Positions 1 to 10,130 of a stretch of 64,000 nt of DNA are shown here, piece by piece. The notes beneath the pieces are model-generated. The model was given only the letters and a program-made list of their open reading frames with translations, ran no database searches and had not been told where the DNA came from. Origin of the DNA: Candidatus Cryptobacteroides sp. (GTDB lineage: Bacteria; Bacteroidota; Bacteroidia; Bacteroidales; UBA932). Where the stretch lies: the NCBI GenBank assembly GCA_045226315.1, contig JBGVCF010000009.1, positions 16,684 through 80,683 of the forward strand, read 5' to 3'. Numbering within the stretch: position 1 is the first letter of the stretch; every line of letters starts with the position of its first letter. Position numbers and translations under genes: made by a program.

Positions 1-2082
1 TCCACTCCGCAAACCTATCGGCTTGGTCGGCTCAAGCCGGGAAAACACGTGCTCACCCTGTGCGTGGACAACGGCGGAGGCGTGCCGCAGGGCGTCATCC
101 GCAGTTCACACCTGTATTCGGAAGATACGCAGACCAACTGGAACGGAATCATCGGCCGGATGGAACTCAGACCCGTATCGGCCCGGGAAACAGTAATTAG
201 CGCCCCTCTCCCCCGCTTGGAGGTTATTGATGGTCAGTTCTTTGCGGGCGGACATCCAGTATTCCTGCGGGGCAAACACGACGCCTGTGTCTTCCCCCTG
301 ACGGGGCATACGCCCATGGATAAGGAGTCCTGGCTCCGATATTTCGGCATTTGCCAGGAATATGGTATCAACCACGTCCGTTTCCACTCCTGGTGCCCGC
401 CGGAAGCCGCCTTTGCCGCGGCCGACGAACTGGGCATCTACCTGCAGCCCGAACTCCCCTTCTGGGGCCGGCTGGAAGGAGACGAGCTCATTAAATTCCT
501 TAGAAAAGAGGGACTCAATATTGTCCGCACCTACGGCCACCATCCTTCTTTCGCGCTCTTCTCACTGGGCAATGAGTTATCCGGAGAGATCCCGGTAATG
601 CAGGAACTGGTGGAAACCTTCAGAAAAGAAGCACCGCAGATCCTCTATACCAACGGTACCAATGCTTTCCTGGGCTATCAAGGCTATGTCCAGGGAACGG
701 ACTTCCTGGCCACCTGCCGTACAGGCGGAGAGGCCTACGGCCAGTTCAACACCCATGTGCGCAGCTCCTTTGCCTTCTGCGACGCCTTAGAGGGCGGTAT
801 CCTGAACCACTTCCACCCTGGAACACGGATGAATTTCGCCGAAGCGGTGAAGGCCTCCCCCGTCCCGGTCATCAGCCATGAGACCGGACAGTTCCAGGCC
901 TATCCGGACTATGCCGAAATAGACAAATACACTGGGCCACTGGTGCCGCGTAACCTGATGGAGTTCCGCCAGCGCCTGGAAACGGCGGGAATGGCCGGCC
1001 AGGCCGGAGATTTCCACCGCGCATCGGCCGCCTGGGCCGCGCAGTTATATAAGGCCGATATTGAAATGTGCCTCCGAACGCCGGGATTGGGCGGGTTCCA
1101 GTTACTAGACCTGCAGGACTATCCTGGTCAGGGATCGGCCTATGTGGGTATTCTTGACGCCTTCATGGATAGCAAGGGGGCGGTGGAACCCGCCGACTGG
1201 CACGGCTGGTGCAGCGACATCGTTCCCCTGGCGGAATTCGACAAGTATTGCTGGAGCGCGGACGAAACGTTCCAAGCCGATATAAAACTGTCAAAATACA
1301 GCCAGGAAATAGTTTCCGGCATCGCATGGTCACTCACTTCGGGCCAGCAGGAAATCCAAACCGGACGGGCCGAATGCCCCGAAGGGGAAGGTCTGCTGAC
1401 CATCGGCACCATTGCCATCGGCCTGTCTAACATTCACGCACCTGCGCGCTTGGAATTGACGGTACAGGCCCAAACGGAAAACGGCGTCCGGCAGAATCAC
1501 TGGCCCATCTGGGTCTATCCGGCCGATAACACTCCCGACAAAAGCGGCATCCTCATAGTCCGGACACTGGACAACGCTACTTTGCAGGCCCTCCGGGACG
1601 GCGCTTCCGTACTGCTGATGCCGTCCGACACTTCCAACACGGTGGGCGGGCTTTTCCAAACCGATTACTGGAACTTCCGCATGTTCCGGGACATCTGCGA
1701 AAGCATGGGTAAACCGGTCTCTCCCGGCACGCTGGGCCTGCTCATGAACCCGTCGCACCCGCTGTTCCGCTCGTTCCCTACGGAAGAGCAAACCTCCTGG
1801 CAGTGGTTCCCGATGGTCAAGGCATCGCACCCCATCATCCTGGATGAAATGGACGGATATCGGCCCATTGTCCAGGTCATCGACAATGTGGAACGGAACC
1901 ATCGCCTGGGCCTGGTCTTCGAATTCAAGCTGGGGGAAGGCCGCCTGTTGGTCTGTGCCGCCAATTTGGAGCAAGTGACGGCCTGGCCCGAGGGACGCCA
2001 GTTTTACAGCGCCCTGCTGGACTACATGCGCTCGCCGGACTTTGCGCCCACCACAGAATTACCCCGAAATATATTTAACTAA
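1..2082 (+). CDS. Glycoside hydrolase family 2 (beta-galactosidase/mannosidase-like), 5' truncated by window edge
   Basis: Frame is open from base 1 (STPQTYRLG...). GH2 TIM-barrel motifs NHVRFHSWCPP, GIYLQPE and SLGNEL (acid/base Glu), plus SHETGQ. Confidence 0.8.
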   Translation, partial: STPQTYRLGRLKPGKHVLTLCVDNGGGVPQGVIRSSHLYSEDTQTNWNGIIGRMELRPVSARETVISAPLPRLEVIDGQFFAGGHPVFLRGKHDACVFPLTGHTPMDKESWLRYFGICQEYGINHVRFHSWCPPEAAFAAADELGIYLQPELPFWGRLEGDELIKFLRKEGLNIVRTYGHHPSFALFSLGNELSGEIPVMQELVETFRKEAPQILYTNGTNAFLGYQGYVQGTDFLATCRTGGEAYGQFNTHVRSSFAFCDALEGGILNHFHPGTRMNFAEAVKASPVPVISHETGQFQAYPDYAEIDKYTGPLVPRNLMEFRQRLETAGMAGQAGDFHRASAAWAAQLYKADIEMCLRTPGLGGFQLLDLQDYPGQGSAYVGILDAFMDSKGAVEPADWHGWCSDIVPLAEFDKYCWSADETFQADIKLSKYSQEIVSGIAWSLTSGQQEIQTGRAECPEGEGLLTIGTIAIGLSNIHAPARLELTVQAQTENGVRQNHWPIWVYPADNTPDKSGILIVRTLDNATLQALRDGASVLLMPSDTSNTVGGLFQTDYWNFRMFRDICESMGKPVSPGTLGLLMNPSHPLFRSFPTEEQTSWQWFPMVKASHPIILDEMDGYRPIVQVIDNVERNHRLGLVFEFKLGEGRLLVCAANLEQVTAWPEGRQFYSALLDYMRSPDFAPTTELPRNIFN

Positions 2083-2092
2083 CCCCATAACT

Positions 2093-3607
2093 ATGAACAA
2101 AAACATTGAGCTGAACCCCAACGAGGTAGTAGCTTTCCTGGAAAAATCCCCGGAAGAATTCACCCGGGAAGACATCCTGAACTTTATCTGCGAGAAAGGC
2201 ATCCGCATGATTGATTTCATGTATCCCGCCGAAGACGGACGAGTAAAGACCCTTAATTTCACCGTAAATAACCTCGCCTACGCCGAAACCATCCTCACGG
2301 AAGGCGAACGAGTAGACGGCTCCAGCCTCTTCCCTTCCTTCATCGAAGCCGGCAACAGCGACCTCTACGTGATTCCCCGTTACCGCACCGCCTTCGTGGA
2401 TCCGTTCAACGAGATTCCCACCATTTGCTTCCTCTGCAGCTTCTTCAATAAGGATGGACAGCCCTTCGACTGCGCGCCCCACGCCACGCTCATGCGGGCC
2501 GAAAAAGCCTTTGAGGAAAGTACCGGCCTGCAATTCGAGGCCATGGGAGAATTGGAATACTATGTGATTTGCGAAGAGGATTCCCTTTTCCCTGCCACGG
2601 ACCAGAAGGGCTACCACGAAAGCGAGCCCTTTGCCAAACTGAACGACTTCCGCCGCGCCTGCATGGACCACGTGGCCAAGACCGGCGGCCAGATCAAGTA
2701 CGGCCACAGCGAAGTGGGCAACTTCACCCTGGACGGCAAGGTGTACGAGCAGAACGAGATAGAATTCCTGCCCAACCCGGTGGAAACCGCAGCCGACCAG
2801 CTCCTGCTGGCCAAATGGGTGATCCGCAACCTGGCCTACCGTAACGGTCTGGATGTCTCCTTCGCCCCCAAGATTACCACCGGCAAGGCCGGAAGCGGCA
2901 TGCACATCCACATGCGTCTCATGAAGGACGGTCACAACGTCACATTGGGGGCCGATGGAAAGCTCTCCGAAGAAGCCCGCGCAGCCATCGCCGGCCTGAT
3001 GACCCTGGCTCCGTCCATCACGGCTTTCGGCAACAAGAACCCCACTTCCTACTTCCGTCTGGTCCCCCACCAGGAAGCGCCCACCAACGTATGTTGGGGC
3101 GACTGCAACCGTAGCGCCCTGGTCCGCGTTCCCCTTGGTTGGAGCAGCGGAACCGACATGTGCTCTGCCGCCAACCCCCTGGAACAGCAGGCCGACCACG
3201 ACACCACCGGCAAGCAAACCTTTGAGATGCGCAGCCCGGACTGCAGCGCCGACATTTACCAGCTCATGGCCGGTTTGTGCGTTGCAGCCCGCAAGGGATT
3301 GGAGATGCCGCGCGAGCAAGCCCTGAAATTGGCCGCCGAGACCTACGTGGATATGGACATCCATAAAAAGGAGAACGCTGCCCGTCTTGCCACCCTGGCT
3401 CAGCTGCCCACGTGTTGCACGGAATCTGCTAAATGCCTGGAAAACGACCGTACCATATATGAGGAGGCCGATGTCTTCCGTCCCAGGATGATAGATGGCA
3501 TCCTGAAAGCCCTGAGGGCACACAATGACGCAGACCTTCGCTACGAAGCCCGCAATGACACCAAGCTTATGCGCCGTCTAGTGGCTCAGTATTTCTATTG
3601 CGGTTAG
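2093..3607 (+). CDS. glnA: Glutamine synthetase (type I-like, Bacteroidales form)
   Basis: DGSS, ELEYY, HSEVG, QNEIEF, GSGMHIH, RLVPHQEAP, NRSALVRVP and EMRSPD motifs. ATG at 2093 follows an A/C-rich initiation region. Confidence 0.9.
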   Translation: MNKNIELNPNEVVAFLEKSPEEFTREDILNFICEKGIRMIDFMYPAEDGRVKTLNFTVNNLAYAETILTEGERVDGSSLFPSFIEAGNSDLYVIPRYRTAFVDPFNEIPTICFLCSFFNKDGQPFDCAPHATLMRAEKAFEESTGLQFEAMGELEYYVICEEDSLFPATDQKGYHESEPFAKLNDFRRACMDHVAKTGGQIKYGHSEVGNFTLDGKVYEQNEIEFLPNPVETAADQLLLAKWVIRNLAYRNGLDVSFAPKITTGKAGSGMHIHMRLMKDGHNVTLGADGKLSEEARAAIAGLMTLAPSITAFGNKNPTSYFRLVPHQEAPTNVCWGDCNRSALVRVPLGWSSGTDMCSAANPLEQQADHDTTGKQTFEMRSPDCSADIYQLMAGLCVAARKGLEMPREQALKLAAETYVDMDIHKKENAARLATLAQLPTCCTESAKCLENDRTIYEEADVFRPRMIDGILKALRAHNDADLRYEARNDTKLMRRLVAQYFYCG

Positions 3608-3634
3608 GACTAATTATCCCTTCTCATACTGCTT

Positions 3635-3674
3635 AAAAATTCACCGGCCTCTCACATCACTGCGGGAGGCCGGT
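3635..3674. terminator. Intrinsic terminator hairpin between convergent glnA and pcrA; U-tract on the minus strand
   Basis: ACCGGCCTC...GGGAGGCCGGT at 3643-3674. The minus strand continues GAATTTTT. Confidence 0.75.
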
Positions 3675-3706
3675 TACTTAACCTAAACTTAAACTATGAA
3701 AAACTT
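3635..3706 (-). ncRNA. Candidate ~70-nt sRNA with its own promoter and terminator
   Basis: Minus-strand GTTG-N20-TATATTTG promoter (3743-3712), then GAAGTTTTTCATAGTTTAAGTTTAGGTTAAG, then the terminator. No minus-strand ORF. Confidence 0.55.
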
Positions 3707-3742
3707 CGCTACAAATATAGTCCAAAGAATTCTATAATACAA

Positions 3743-6097
3743 CTATTTGTGACGAATTTTTGCAAATTTTAAAAGCAATAATTTTTCGCCATACTTTTCG
3801 AAGAGAATTTTTGCCTTTAAATCTGGAACCCTTCCGCTGATTTCAAGGACTTTTCCTGCCCCAAAACGATTGTGTTCAATCTGGTCTCCAACACGGAAGC
3901 TGGACATGGGATCCGGCACGAAATTCGGGTCGATGATCGGAGGCCTGTCTTCCACCACAGGTCGGGAGACCGTTGCTGGAGTATCGGCCTGCTTTTTTGT
4001 GTAGGCAGGCATGTCCCGTCCTCCTATCTGAGATCGTACTGCCTGAGGCCTGCCCCACCGGAAGCCGCCAAAGTCCAAGTCATTATCAGCAGCCCTTTCC
4101 AAATCGGCCTTCAGAATGGGCTTGTCCAAGTATTGAGGCGCCAGTTCCCGCAGGAAACGACTGGGCGAATTGGATTCGTGCTTGCCGTTGCGCATGCGGG
4201 TCTCGGCATAAGAGAGCGACACCGCCCGTTTGGCCCGGGTAAGGGCCACATAGAATAACCGGCGTTCCTCCTCCAACTCTTGCGGAGTCTCCATCCAGCC
4301 ACCGGAGGGAAACAGGTTCTCCTCCATGCCGGCCACAAATACATAGGGGAACTCCAGGCCTTTGGCCGTATGGACCGTCATCAGGGCCACTTTATTGGAG
4401 GTCTCGTCCTCTGCCACATCTACATTGGCCAGCAACGAAACATTTTCCAGATAATCGGCCAGGGTTACCTGCGGTTTTTCGTCGATGGCATCGGCCTCCA
4501 CTTCCTCCATGTAGGCTTTCACACTGTTCAGCAGTTCTTCTACGTTGGCGAAGCGGGACTGTCCCTCTACCGAAGTATCGGCCTTGTAGAACAGATATAT
4601 GCCGCTTTCGCGTGCCAGGGACATGGCAACGTCGTAGGCATCGCCGTGAGCAGCTTCTGCAGCCGCATTTTCCATCAGCGTGCAGAAAGCGCGGATTTTC
4701 TGGACCGCGGCGTTCCGGAGACCAAAGCGCTCCAGGTCCGGCAGGGACGCAGCCTCATAGAGTGAGACGCGGGACGCGAGCGCCGCCTGCGAGAGCGCCT
4801 GGATGGAAGTGTCGCCAATGCCACGGGCAGGTTTGTTCACCACCCGCTTGAAAGATTCATCGTCCTTGAGGTTCACGGCCAGTTTGAAATAGGCCATCAC
4901 ATCCTTTACCTCGGCCCGTTCAAAGAAGGAGTTGCCGGAGTAAATCATATAAGGGATATTCCGTCGGCGCAGCTGCTCTTCCAGGGCTCGGGATTGGGCG
5001 TTGGTGCGGTACAGGATGGCGAAATCCTCGTATTCTGCCTGTTCCAAGCGCATACGCGTTAGGATGGCCGATGCAATTTGCAAGGCTTCTTCCTGTTCCG
5101 TGTAGGAGCGGACCAGGTGGATCACCTCCCCTTTTTCGCCCATGGAGACGCACTGTTTGGGGATGCGGCCTTCGTTATGGGCGATGAGAGAATTGGCCGC
5201 GTTCACGATGGTCTGGGTGCTTCGGTAGTTCCTTTCCAGCCGGAACAGCCGTGTGCCCGGGAAGTCTTTCTGGAAGTTCAAGATATTCTGGATCTGAGCA
5301 CCCCGGAAGCCATAGATGGACTGGGAATCGTCCCCTACTACGCAAATGTTCTGATGACCGCCAGCCAGCTTCTTCAGAATCACATACTGAGCCAGGTTGG
5401 TATCCTGATACTCGTCTACCAGGATGTAGCTGAAACGGCCGGAAATATCGGCCAGTGCTTCCGGGCTCTGACGCAGTAAGATATTCAGATACAGGAGGAT
5501 ATCGTCGAAGTCCATCACCCCCGACTGCCGGCACAACTCGCAATAGCGGGCATAGATACGGTAAATCTCCGGCTTCTTCTTGCGGGCATCGCTTTCGCGG
5601 AAACCGCCGGCCCCGTTCATATAAGGCGTTGGAGTTACTAAGTCGTTCTTGGCTTTGGAAATCTGGGAGAGTACCTCCTTGGGCTTATACAGTTTGTCGT
5701 CCAGCTCCAATTGCTTGATAACCGTCTTGACGGCGCTCACTGAATCGGCCGTGTCGTAGATGGTGAAGGTGGCAGGAAAGCCGATGAGGGAAGCATAATC
5801 CCGGAGGAAGCGGATGAAAATGGAGTGGAACGTACCCATCCAGAGCCGGCGTGCCTGCCGCTCCCCTACCATCAAGGCAATCCTTTCCTTCATTTCACCG
5901 GCCGCTTTTTTGGTAAAAGTAAGGGCCAGGATCCGCTCCGGAGGGACCCCTTTTTCAATCAGATATGCAATTCTGGAGGTTAAAACGCGGGTCTTTCCCG
6001 ACCCTGCTCCCGCCACGATGAGTACAGGGCCTTCCGTACAGGTAACAGCCCTTTGCTGCTCTTCATTCAGCTCGCTCAAAATCTCACTCATGTCCAC
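3743..6097 (-). CDS. pcrA: UvrD/PcrA-family ATP-dependent DNA helicase
   Basis: AGAGSGKT Walker A, LTFTKKAA, VDEYQDTN, VGDDSQSIYGFRGA, LERNYRST, MTVHTAKGLEF and the C-terminal Tudor-like tail. Confidence 0.93.
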   Translation of the reverse strand: MDMSEILSELNEEQQRAVTCTEGPVLIVAGAGSGKTRVLTSRIAYLIEKGVPPERILALTFTKKAAGEMKERIALMVGERQARRLWMGTFHSIFIRFLRDYASLIGFPATFTIYDTADSVSAVKTVIKQLELDDKLYKPKEVLSQISKAKNDLVTPTPYMNGAGGFRESDARKKKPEIYRIYARYCELCRQSGVMDFDDILLYLNILLRQSPEALADISGRFSYILVDEYQDTNLAQYVILKKLAGGHQNICVVGDDSQSIYGFRGAQIQNILNFQKDFPGTRLFRLERNYRSTQTIVNAANSLIAHNEGRIPKQCVSMGEKGEVIHLVRSYTEQEEALQIASAILTRMRLEQAEYEDFAILYRTNAQSRALEEQLRRRNIPYMIYSGNSFFERAEVKDVMAYFKLAVNLKDDESFKRVVNKPARGIGDTSIQALSQAALASRVSLYEAASLPDLERFGLRNAAVQKIRAFCTLMENAAAEAAHGDAYDVAMSLARESGIYLFYKADTSVEGQSRFANVEELLNSVKAYMEEVEADAIDEKPQVTLADYLENVSLLANVDVAEDETSNKVALMTVHTAKGLEFPYVFVAGMEENLFPSGGWMETPQELEEERRLFYVALTRAKRAVSLSYAETRMRNGKHESNSPSRFLRELAPQYLDKPILKADLERAADNDLDFGGFRWGRPQAVRSQIGGRDMPAYTKKQADTPATVSRPVVEDRPPIIDPNFVPDPMSSFRVGDQIEHNRFGAGKVLEISGRVPDLKAKILFEKYGEKLLLLKFAKIRHK

Positions 6098-6131
6098 CCA
6101 TATTTATAACGCGAAATTAGTAAAAATTTCG

Positions 6132-6139
6132 TAACTTCG
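6132..6139 (+). promoter_or_regulatory. Probable -7 box of the nqr promoter
   Basis: TAACTTCG, one mismatch from the Bacteroidetes TAnnTTTG consensus, 38 nt before nqrA. Confidence 0.5.
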
Positions 6140-6176
6140 CGAAGTATTTTTGCAAATACACAAAACCATATCAATA

Positions 6177-7502
6177 ATGTCAAACAATCTCGATTTGAAA
6201 AAGGGCCTCAACATCCCCGTGAAGGGTGCTGCAGCCCCGGAAGTCATCCAAACCGTGAGTCCTGACATCGTTGCCGTCAAACCCACCGACTTCAAGGGCC
6301 TGGTGCCCCGCTTGCTGGTGAAGGAAGGCGACATCGTTAAGGCAGGTTCCCCCGTGATGGCCGACAAACAACGTCCGGAGATTCTTCTGACCTCGCCCGT
6401 CAGCGGCACGGTTCAGCAGGTCGTCCGCGGCGAAAAGAGAAAATTGCTGGCAGTTGTCGTGAAGGCCGATGCCAAGCAGGAGTACGTGGACTTCGGTACC
6501 AAGGCTCCCGCATCGGCGGCTGAGACCAAAGACCTCCTCCTGAAGAGCGGCCTCTGGGGCGCTCTCATCCAGCGTCCTTATGGCGTGATGGCAGGTCCCC
6601 AAGACACGCCCAAGGCAATTTTCGTCTCCTCCTTCTGCACGGCGCCTCTGGCCGCAGACTTCGAATTCGCCCTGGGAGATTCCCTCAAGGATATCCAGGC
6701 TGGTATCGATGCCCTGGCCAAGATCGCTCCGGTCCATGTATCCGTGAAAAAGGGTGCCAACACCTTTGCCCAGCTGAAAAACGCCACGCTGCACACTGTC
6801 AGCGGTCCTCATCCGGCCGGAAATGTCGGCGTTCAGATCAGCCACATCGCCCCTATCATGAAAGGCGATTTGGTGTGGACCCTGTCCCTGCTGCACCTGG
6901 CTGCTATCGGCCATGTGATCAACACCGGCAAACTGGAACTCACGCGCAAGGTGGCCGTTACCGGCCCCGCCGCTCCCAAGACCGGCTATGTGCAGTGCCT
7001 CCCCGGCACTCCCGTGAAAGCCATCACGGCTGCCGATAAGGATGTACGCATCATCGGCGGTAACGTCCTCACCGGTGAAACCCTGGGCGCCGAAGGTTAT
7101 CTGGGCTTCTTCCAGAACCAGCTCACCCTCCTCCGCGAAGGTTATGATCGCGAATGGTTCGGTTGGGCCAAGCCCCTCCGTCCCAAGGTGTTCAGCAGCT
7201 CCTGGTGCTACTTCTCCTGGCTCACCCCCAAGAAGCAGTACGACATGGACACCAACCTGCACGGCGGTCCCCGCGCCTTCGTGGAAACCAAATGCTTCGA
7301 GGATGTCACCCCTATGGACATCTTCCCCATCTACCTCATCAAGGCCTGCCTGGCCGGTGACATCGAAAAGATGGAGAAATTCGGCATTTACGAAGTCCTT
7401 CCCGAAGACCTCGCCCTGTGCGACTTTGTAGACCCTTCCAAGAACGAGATCCAGGCCATTATCCAAAAGGGTATCGACCTCATGATCAAAGAAATGGCAT
7501 AA
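6177..7502 (+). CDS. nqrA: Na+-translocating NADH:quinone reductase subunit A
   Basis: LKKGLNIP N-terminus, GPHPAGNVG, GNVLTG and EDLALCDFVDPSK. First of six contiguous nqr genes. Confidence 0.95.
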   Translation: MSNNLDLKKGLNIPVKGAAAPEVIQTVSPDIVAVKPTDFKGLVPRLLVKEGDIVKAGSPVMADKQRPEILLTSPVSGTVQQVVRGEKRKLLAVVVKADAKQEYVDFGTKAPASAAETKDLLLKSGLWGALIQRPYGVMAGPQDTPKAIFVSSFCTAPLAADFEFALGDSLKDIQAGIDALAKIAPVHVSVKKGANTFAQLKNATLHTVSGPHPAGNVGVQISHIAPIMKGDLVWTLSLLHLAAIGHVINTGKLELTRKVAVTGPAAPKTGYVQCLPGTPVKAITAADKDVRIIGGNVLTGETLGAEGYLGFFQNQLTLLREGYDREWFGWAKPLRPKVFSSSWCYFSWLTPKKQYDMDTNLHGGPRAFVETKCFEDVTPMDIFPIYLIKACLAGDIEKMEKFGIYEVLPEDLALCDFVDPSKNEIQAIIQKGIDLMIKEMA

Positions 7503-7505
7503 GCT

Positions 7506-8660
7506 ATGGCAGACGAAAAGAAACCTGGCCTTTTTGAGAAAGGCGGCAAGCTGTACTGGCTTCACTCTTCTATTGACGCTTTCGACACCTTCCTGCGTGT
7601 TCCCGGCACCGTTTCCACAAAGGGTGCCCACGTACGCGACGGCATCGACCTGAAGCGTGTGATGATCATGGTTGTGATCGCACTGGTTCCCGCGGCCCTC
7701 TTCGGCATGTACAACGTGGGTTACCAGACTTCTACCCTGTACGGACTGAACTGGGGTTTCTGGAACATGTTCTTGTATGGACTGCTCCGGATGCTCCCGC
7801 TGTTCGTGGTTGCTTATGCAGTGGGCCTTGCCATTGAATTCGGCAGCGCCCAGATCCGCGGCGAAGAAGTGAACGAGGGATACCTCGTCACGGGCTTCCT
7901 GATTCCGCTCATCGTCCCGGTGGATGTTCCGCTGTGGATGCTGGCCCTGGCCGTTGCCTTCAGCGTCATCTTCGTGAAAGAGGTCTTCGGCGGCACCGGC
8001 ATGAATATCTGGAATCCTGCCCTGGTGGCCCGCGCCTTCCTGTTCTTCTCTTATCCTTCCAGCATGTCCGGCTCCAGCGTTTGGGTTTCCAAGACCTGGG
8101 TCCCTGCCCTTAAGGACGTGGATGCCATCAGCGCCGCCACGCCGCTGGCCATCGCCCACGACGGTGCCTTCGACGCCGCTACGGGTGCCGTGGGCCAGTA
8201 TTCCTTCATGGACATGGTCTGGGGCTTCATCCCCGGCAGCACCGGTGAAACCAGCGTGATCGCCATCCTCATCGGCGCCTGCATCCTGGTCTGGACCGGC
8301 GTAGCCTCCTGGAAGATCATGGTAAGCTCCATCGCCGGCGGCCTCCTCGTGGGCTGGCTGGGCCAACTGGCCGGTGCTACGGCAGTGCCCTGCTATTATC
8401 AGCTGGTCATGGGCGGCTTCCTCTTCGGCTCCGTCTTCATGGCCACCGACCCTGTTACCGCCGCTCAGACGGAAACAGGCAAGTGGATTTACGGCTTCCT
8501 GGTAGGTGCCCTGGCCGTGGTGGTGCGTCTGTGGAACCCCGGTTACATGGAAGGCATGATGCTGGCCATCCTGCTCATGAACACCATGGCTCCGCTCATC
8601 GACCACTGCGTAGTAAGCACACACACCAGCCGCCGTGCCAAAAAAGCTTTAACCGCCTAA
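7506..8660 (+). CDS. nqrB: Na+-NQR subunit B
   Basis: HVRDGIDLKRVM, KEVFGGTGMNIWNPAL, AISAATPL (FMN-Thr), FIPGSTGETS and MATDPV. Confidence 0.95.
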   Translation: MADEKKPGLFEKGGKLYWLHSSIDAFDTFLRVPGTVSTKGAHVRDGIDLKRVMIMVVIALVPAALFGMYNVGYQTSTLYGLNWGFWNMFLYGLLRMLPLFVVAYAVGLAIEFGSAQIRGEEVNEGYLVTGFLIPLIVPVDVPLWMLALAVAFSVIFVKEVFGGTGMNIWNPALVARAFLFFSYPSSMSGSSVWVSKTWVPALKDVDAISAATPLAIAHDGAFDAATGAVGQYSFMDMVWGFIPGSTGETSVIAILIGACILVWTGVASWKIMVSSIAGGLLVGWLGQLAGATAVPCYYQLVMGGFLFGSVFMATDPVTAAQTETGKWIYGFLVGALAVVVRLWNPGYMEGMMLAILLMNTMAPLIDHCVVSTHTSRRAKKALTA

Positions 8661-8672
8661 AGGAACTGCGCT

Positions 8673-9500
8673 ATGAATACCAATAACAACGTATATACCG
8701 TTATCTACACCACTGTTATCGTGGTGCTGGTAGCTGCACTCCTTGCCTTCGTATCCCAGAGCCTCAAGGCCAAGCAGGATGCCAACGAAAAGGCGGAAAC
8801 CATCTCCCAGATGCTCACCAGCGCCCAGTACGGCACCAAGGCCGAACTTGACAAACTGGGCAACGCCGCCAAACTGGACAAATATGCCCAGGAAATCGAG
8901 AAGGCGTTCGTAATCAATCTGAACGGAGAGGTAGTGAGAGAGCTGGAAGGCATTGAAGTCTACAGCCCCAAACAGCTCAAACGCGAGAACTACAACATCA
9001 AGGGCGGCCCCAACAAGACGGCCGAACCCGAACTTCCCGTGTTCATCTTCAAGAACGGCCGCACGGTGGTACCCATCTACGGCGCCGGCCTGTGGGGTCC
9101 CATCTGGGGATACATTTCCTTCGAAAACGGCACAGCCACCATCACCGGCGCATACTTCGACCACGAATCCGAGACCGCCGGCCTGGGTGCCAAGATTAAG
9201 GACGATCCTTCCTTCCAAGCCGAATTCGTGGGCGAGGTAGCCGATTTCGGCCAACCCAACGTCATTGACATCGTGAAGGGCGGAGCCCCCAAGGACGCCG
9301 AAGGCAAGTCTGTGGTGGACAATAAGGTAGACGCCATCACCGGTGCCACCATGACTTCCCAGGGCCTTGATGCCGCTATCGACACCTGGCTTGCCGCCTA
9401 TGCCAAGTACTTCGAAGCCCAGGAGAAATCCTGCAAGAAGTCCTGCTGCGAAGGCGAAAAAGCCCATGATTGCGAAGAACACAAATGTGAGGAGGAATAA
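8673..9500 (+). CDS. nqrC: Na+-NQR subunit C with a Cys/His/Glu-rich tail
   Basis: GAGLWGPIWG, DHESETAGLGA and VDAITGATMTS (FMN-Thr). Confidence 0.93.
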   Translation: MNTNNNVYTVIYTTVIVVLVAALLAFVSQSLKAKQDANEKAETISQMLTSAQYGTKAELDKLGNAAKLDKYAQEIEKAFVINLNGEVVRELEGIEVYSPKQLKRENYNIKGGPNKTAEPELPVFIFKNGRTVVPIYGAGLWGPIWGYISFENGTATITGAYFDHESETAGLGAKIKDDPSFQAEFVGEVADFGQPNVIDIVKGGAPKDAEGKSVVDNKVDAITGATMTSQGLDAAIDTWLAAYAKYFEAQEKSCKKSCCEGEKAHDCEEHKCEEE

Positions 9501-9503
9501 GCC

Positions 9504-10118
9504 ATGGATGCAAAACTGAAAGAAACCATTCTGAACCCCATTTTCAAGGGGAATCCCATTACCGTCCTGGTGCTGGGTATCTGCTCTTCGCTGGCGGTTA
9601 CCGTCACCTTGAAGGGTGCCTTGGTGATGACGCTTTCCGTGATTGTGGTCTGCGGCATTTCCAGCCTCATCCTCTCGCTCCTGAGAAACACCATTCCCGG
9701 CCGCGTACGTATCATCGTCCAGCTGGTTGTGGTGGCCATGATGGTAATCCTGGTGGACCAGGTCCTCAAGAGTTTCGAAGCCACCTACGCCATTGATAAA
9801 CAGCTGTCCGTCTATATCGGCCTTATCATTACCAACTGTATCGTGATGGGCCGCATCGAGGCTTTCGCCCTGGGCAATAAGCCCTGGCCCAGCTTCCTGG
9901 ACGGTGTGGCCAACGGCGCCGGCTACGGCCTCATCCTCCTCATCGTTGCCTTCTTCCGCGAGCTTCTTGGCAGCGGAACCCTGTTCGGCATCGACATCCT
10001 GAACCGCTTTGGTTATGTTCCCAACAACCTGGTGATCCTGCCGCCCTTCGCCCTCATCCTCCTGGGATGCATCGTGTGGGTGCAGCGCTCTGTCCAGAAA
10101 GACTTGCAAGAAAAATAA
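9504..10118 (+). CDS. nqrD: Na+-NQR subunit D
   Basis: NPITVLVLGICSSLAVT and GLIITNCIVMGRIEAFA. Confidence 0.95.
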   Translation: MDAKLKETILNPIFKGNPITVLVLGICSSLAVTVTLKGALVMTLSVIVVCGISSLILSLLRNTIPGRVRIIVQLVVVAMMVILVDQVLKSFEATYAIDKQLSVYIGLIITNCIVMGRIEAFALGNKPWPSFLDGVANGAGYGLILLIVAFFRELLGSGTLFGIDILNRFGYVPNNLVILPPFALILLGCIVWVQRSVQKDLQEK

Positions 10119-10130
10119 CCCCGACGCCTT

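Noticed and set aside
3696-3737. 13-aa plus-strand ORF MKNFATNIVQRIL with a good-looking initiation region
   Set aside because: It lies after the glnA terminator with no plus-strand promoter and is better explained as the complement of the candidate sRNA and its promoter. Ribo-seq could overturn this.
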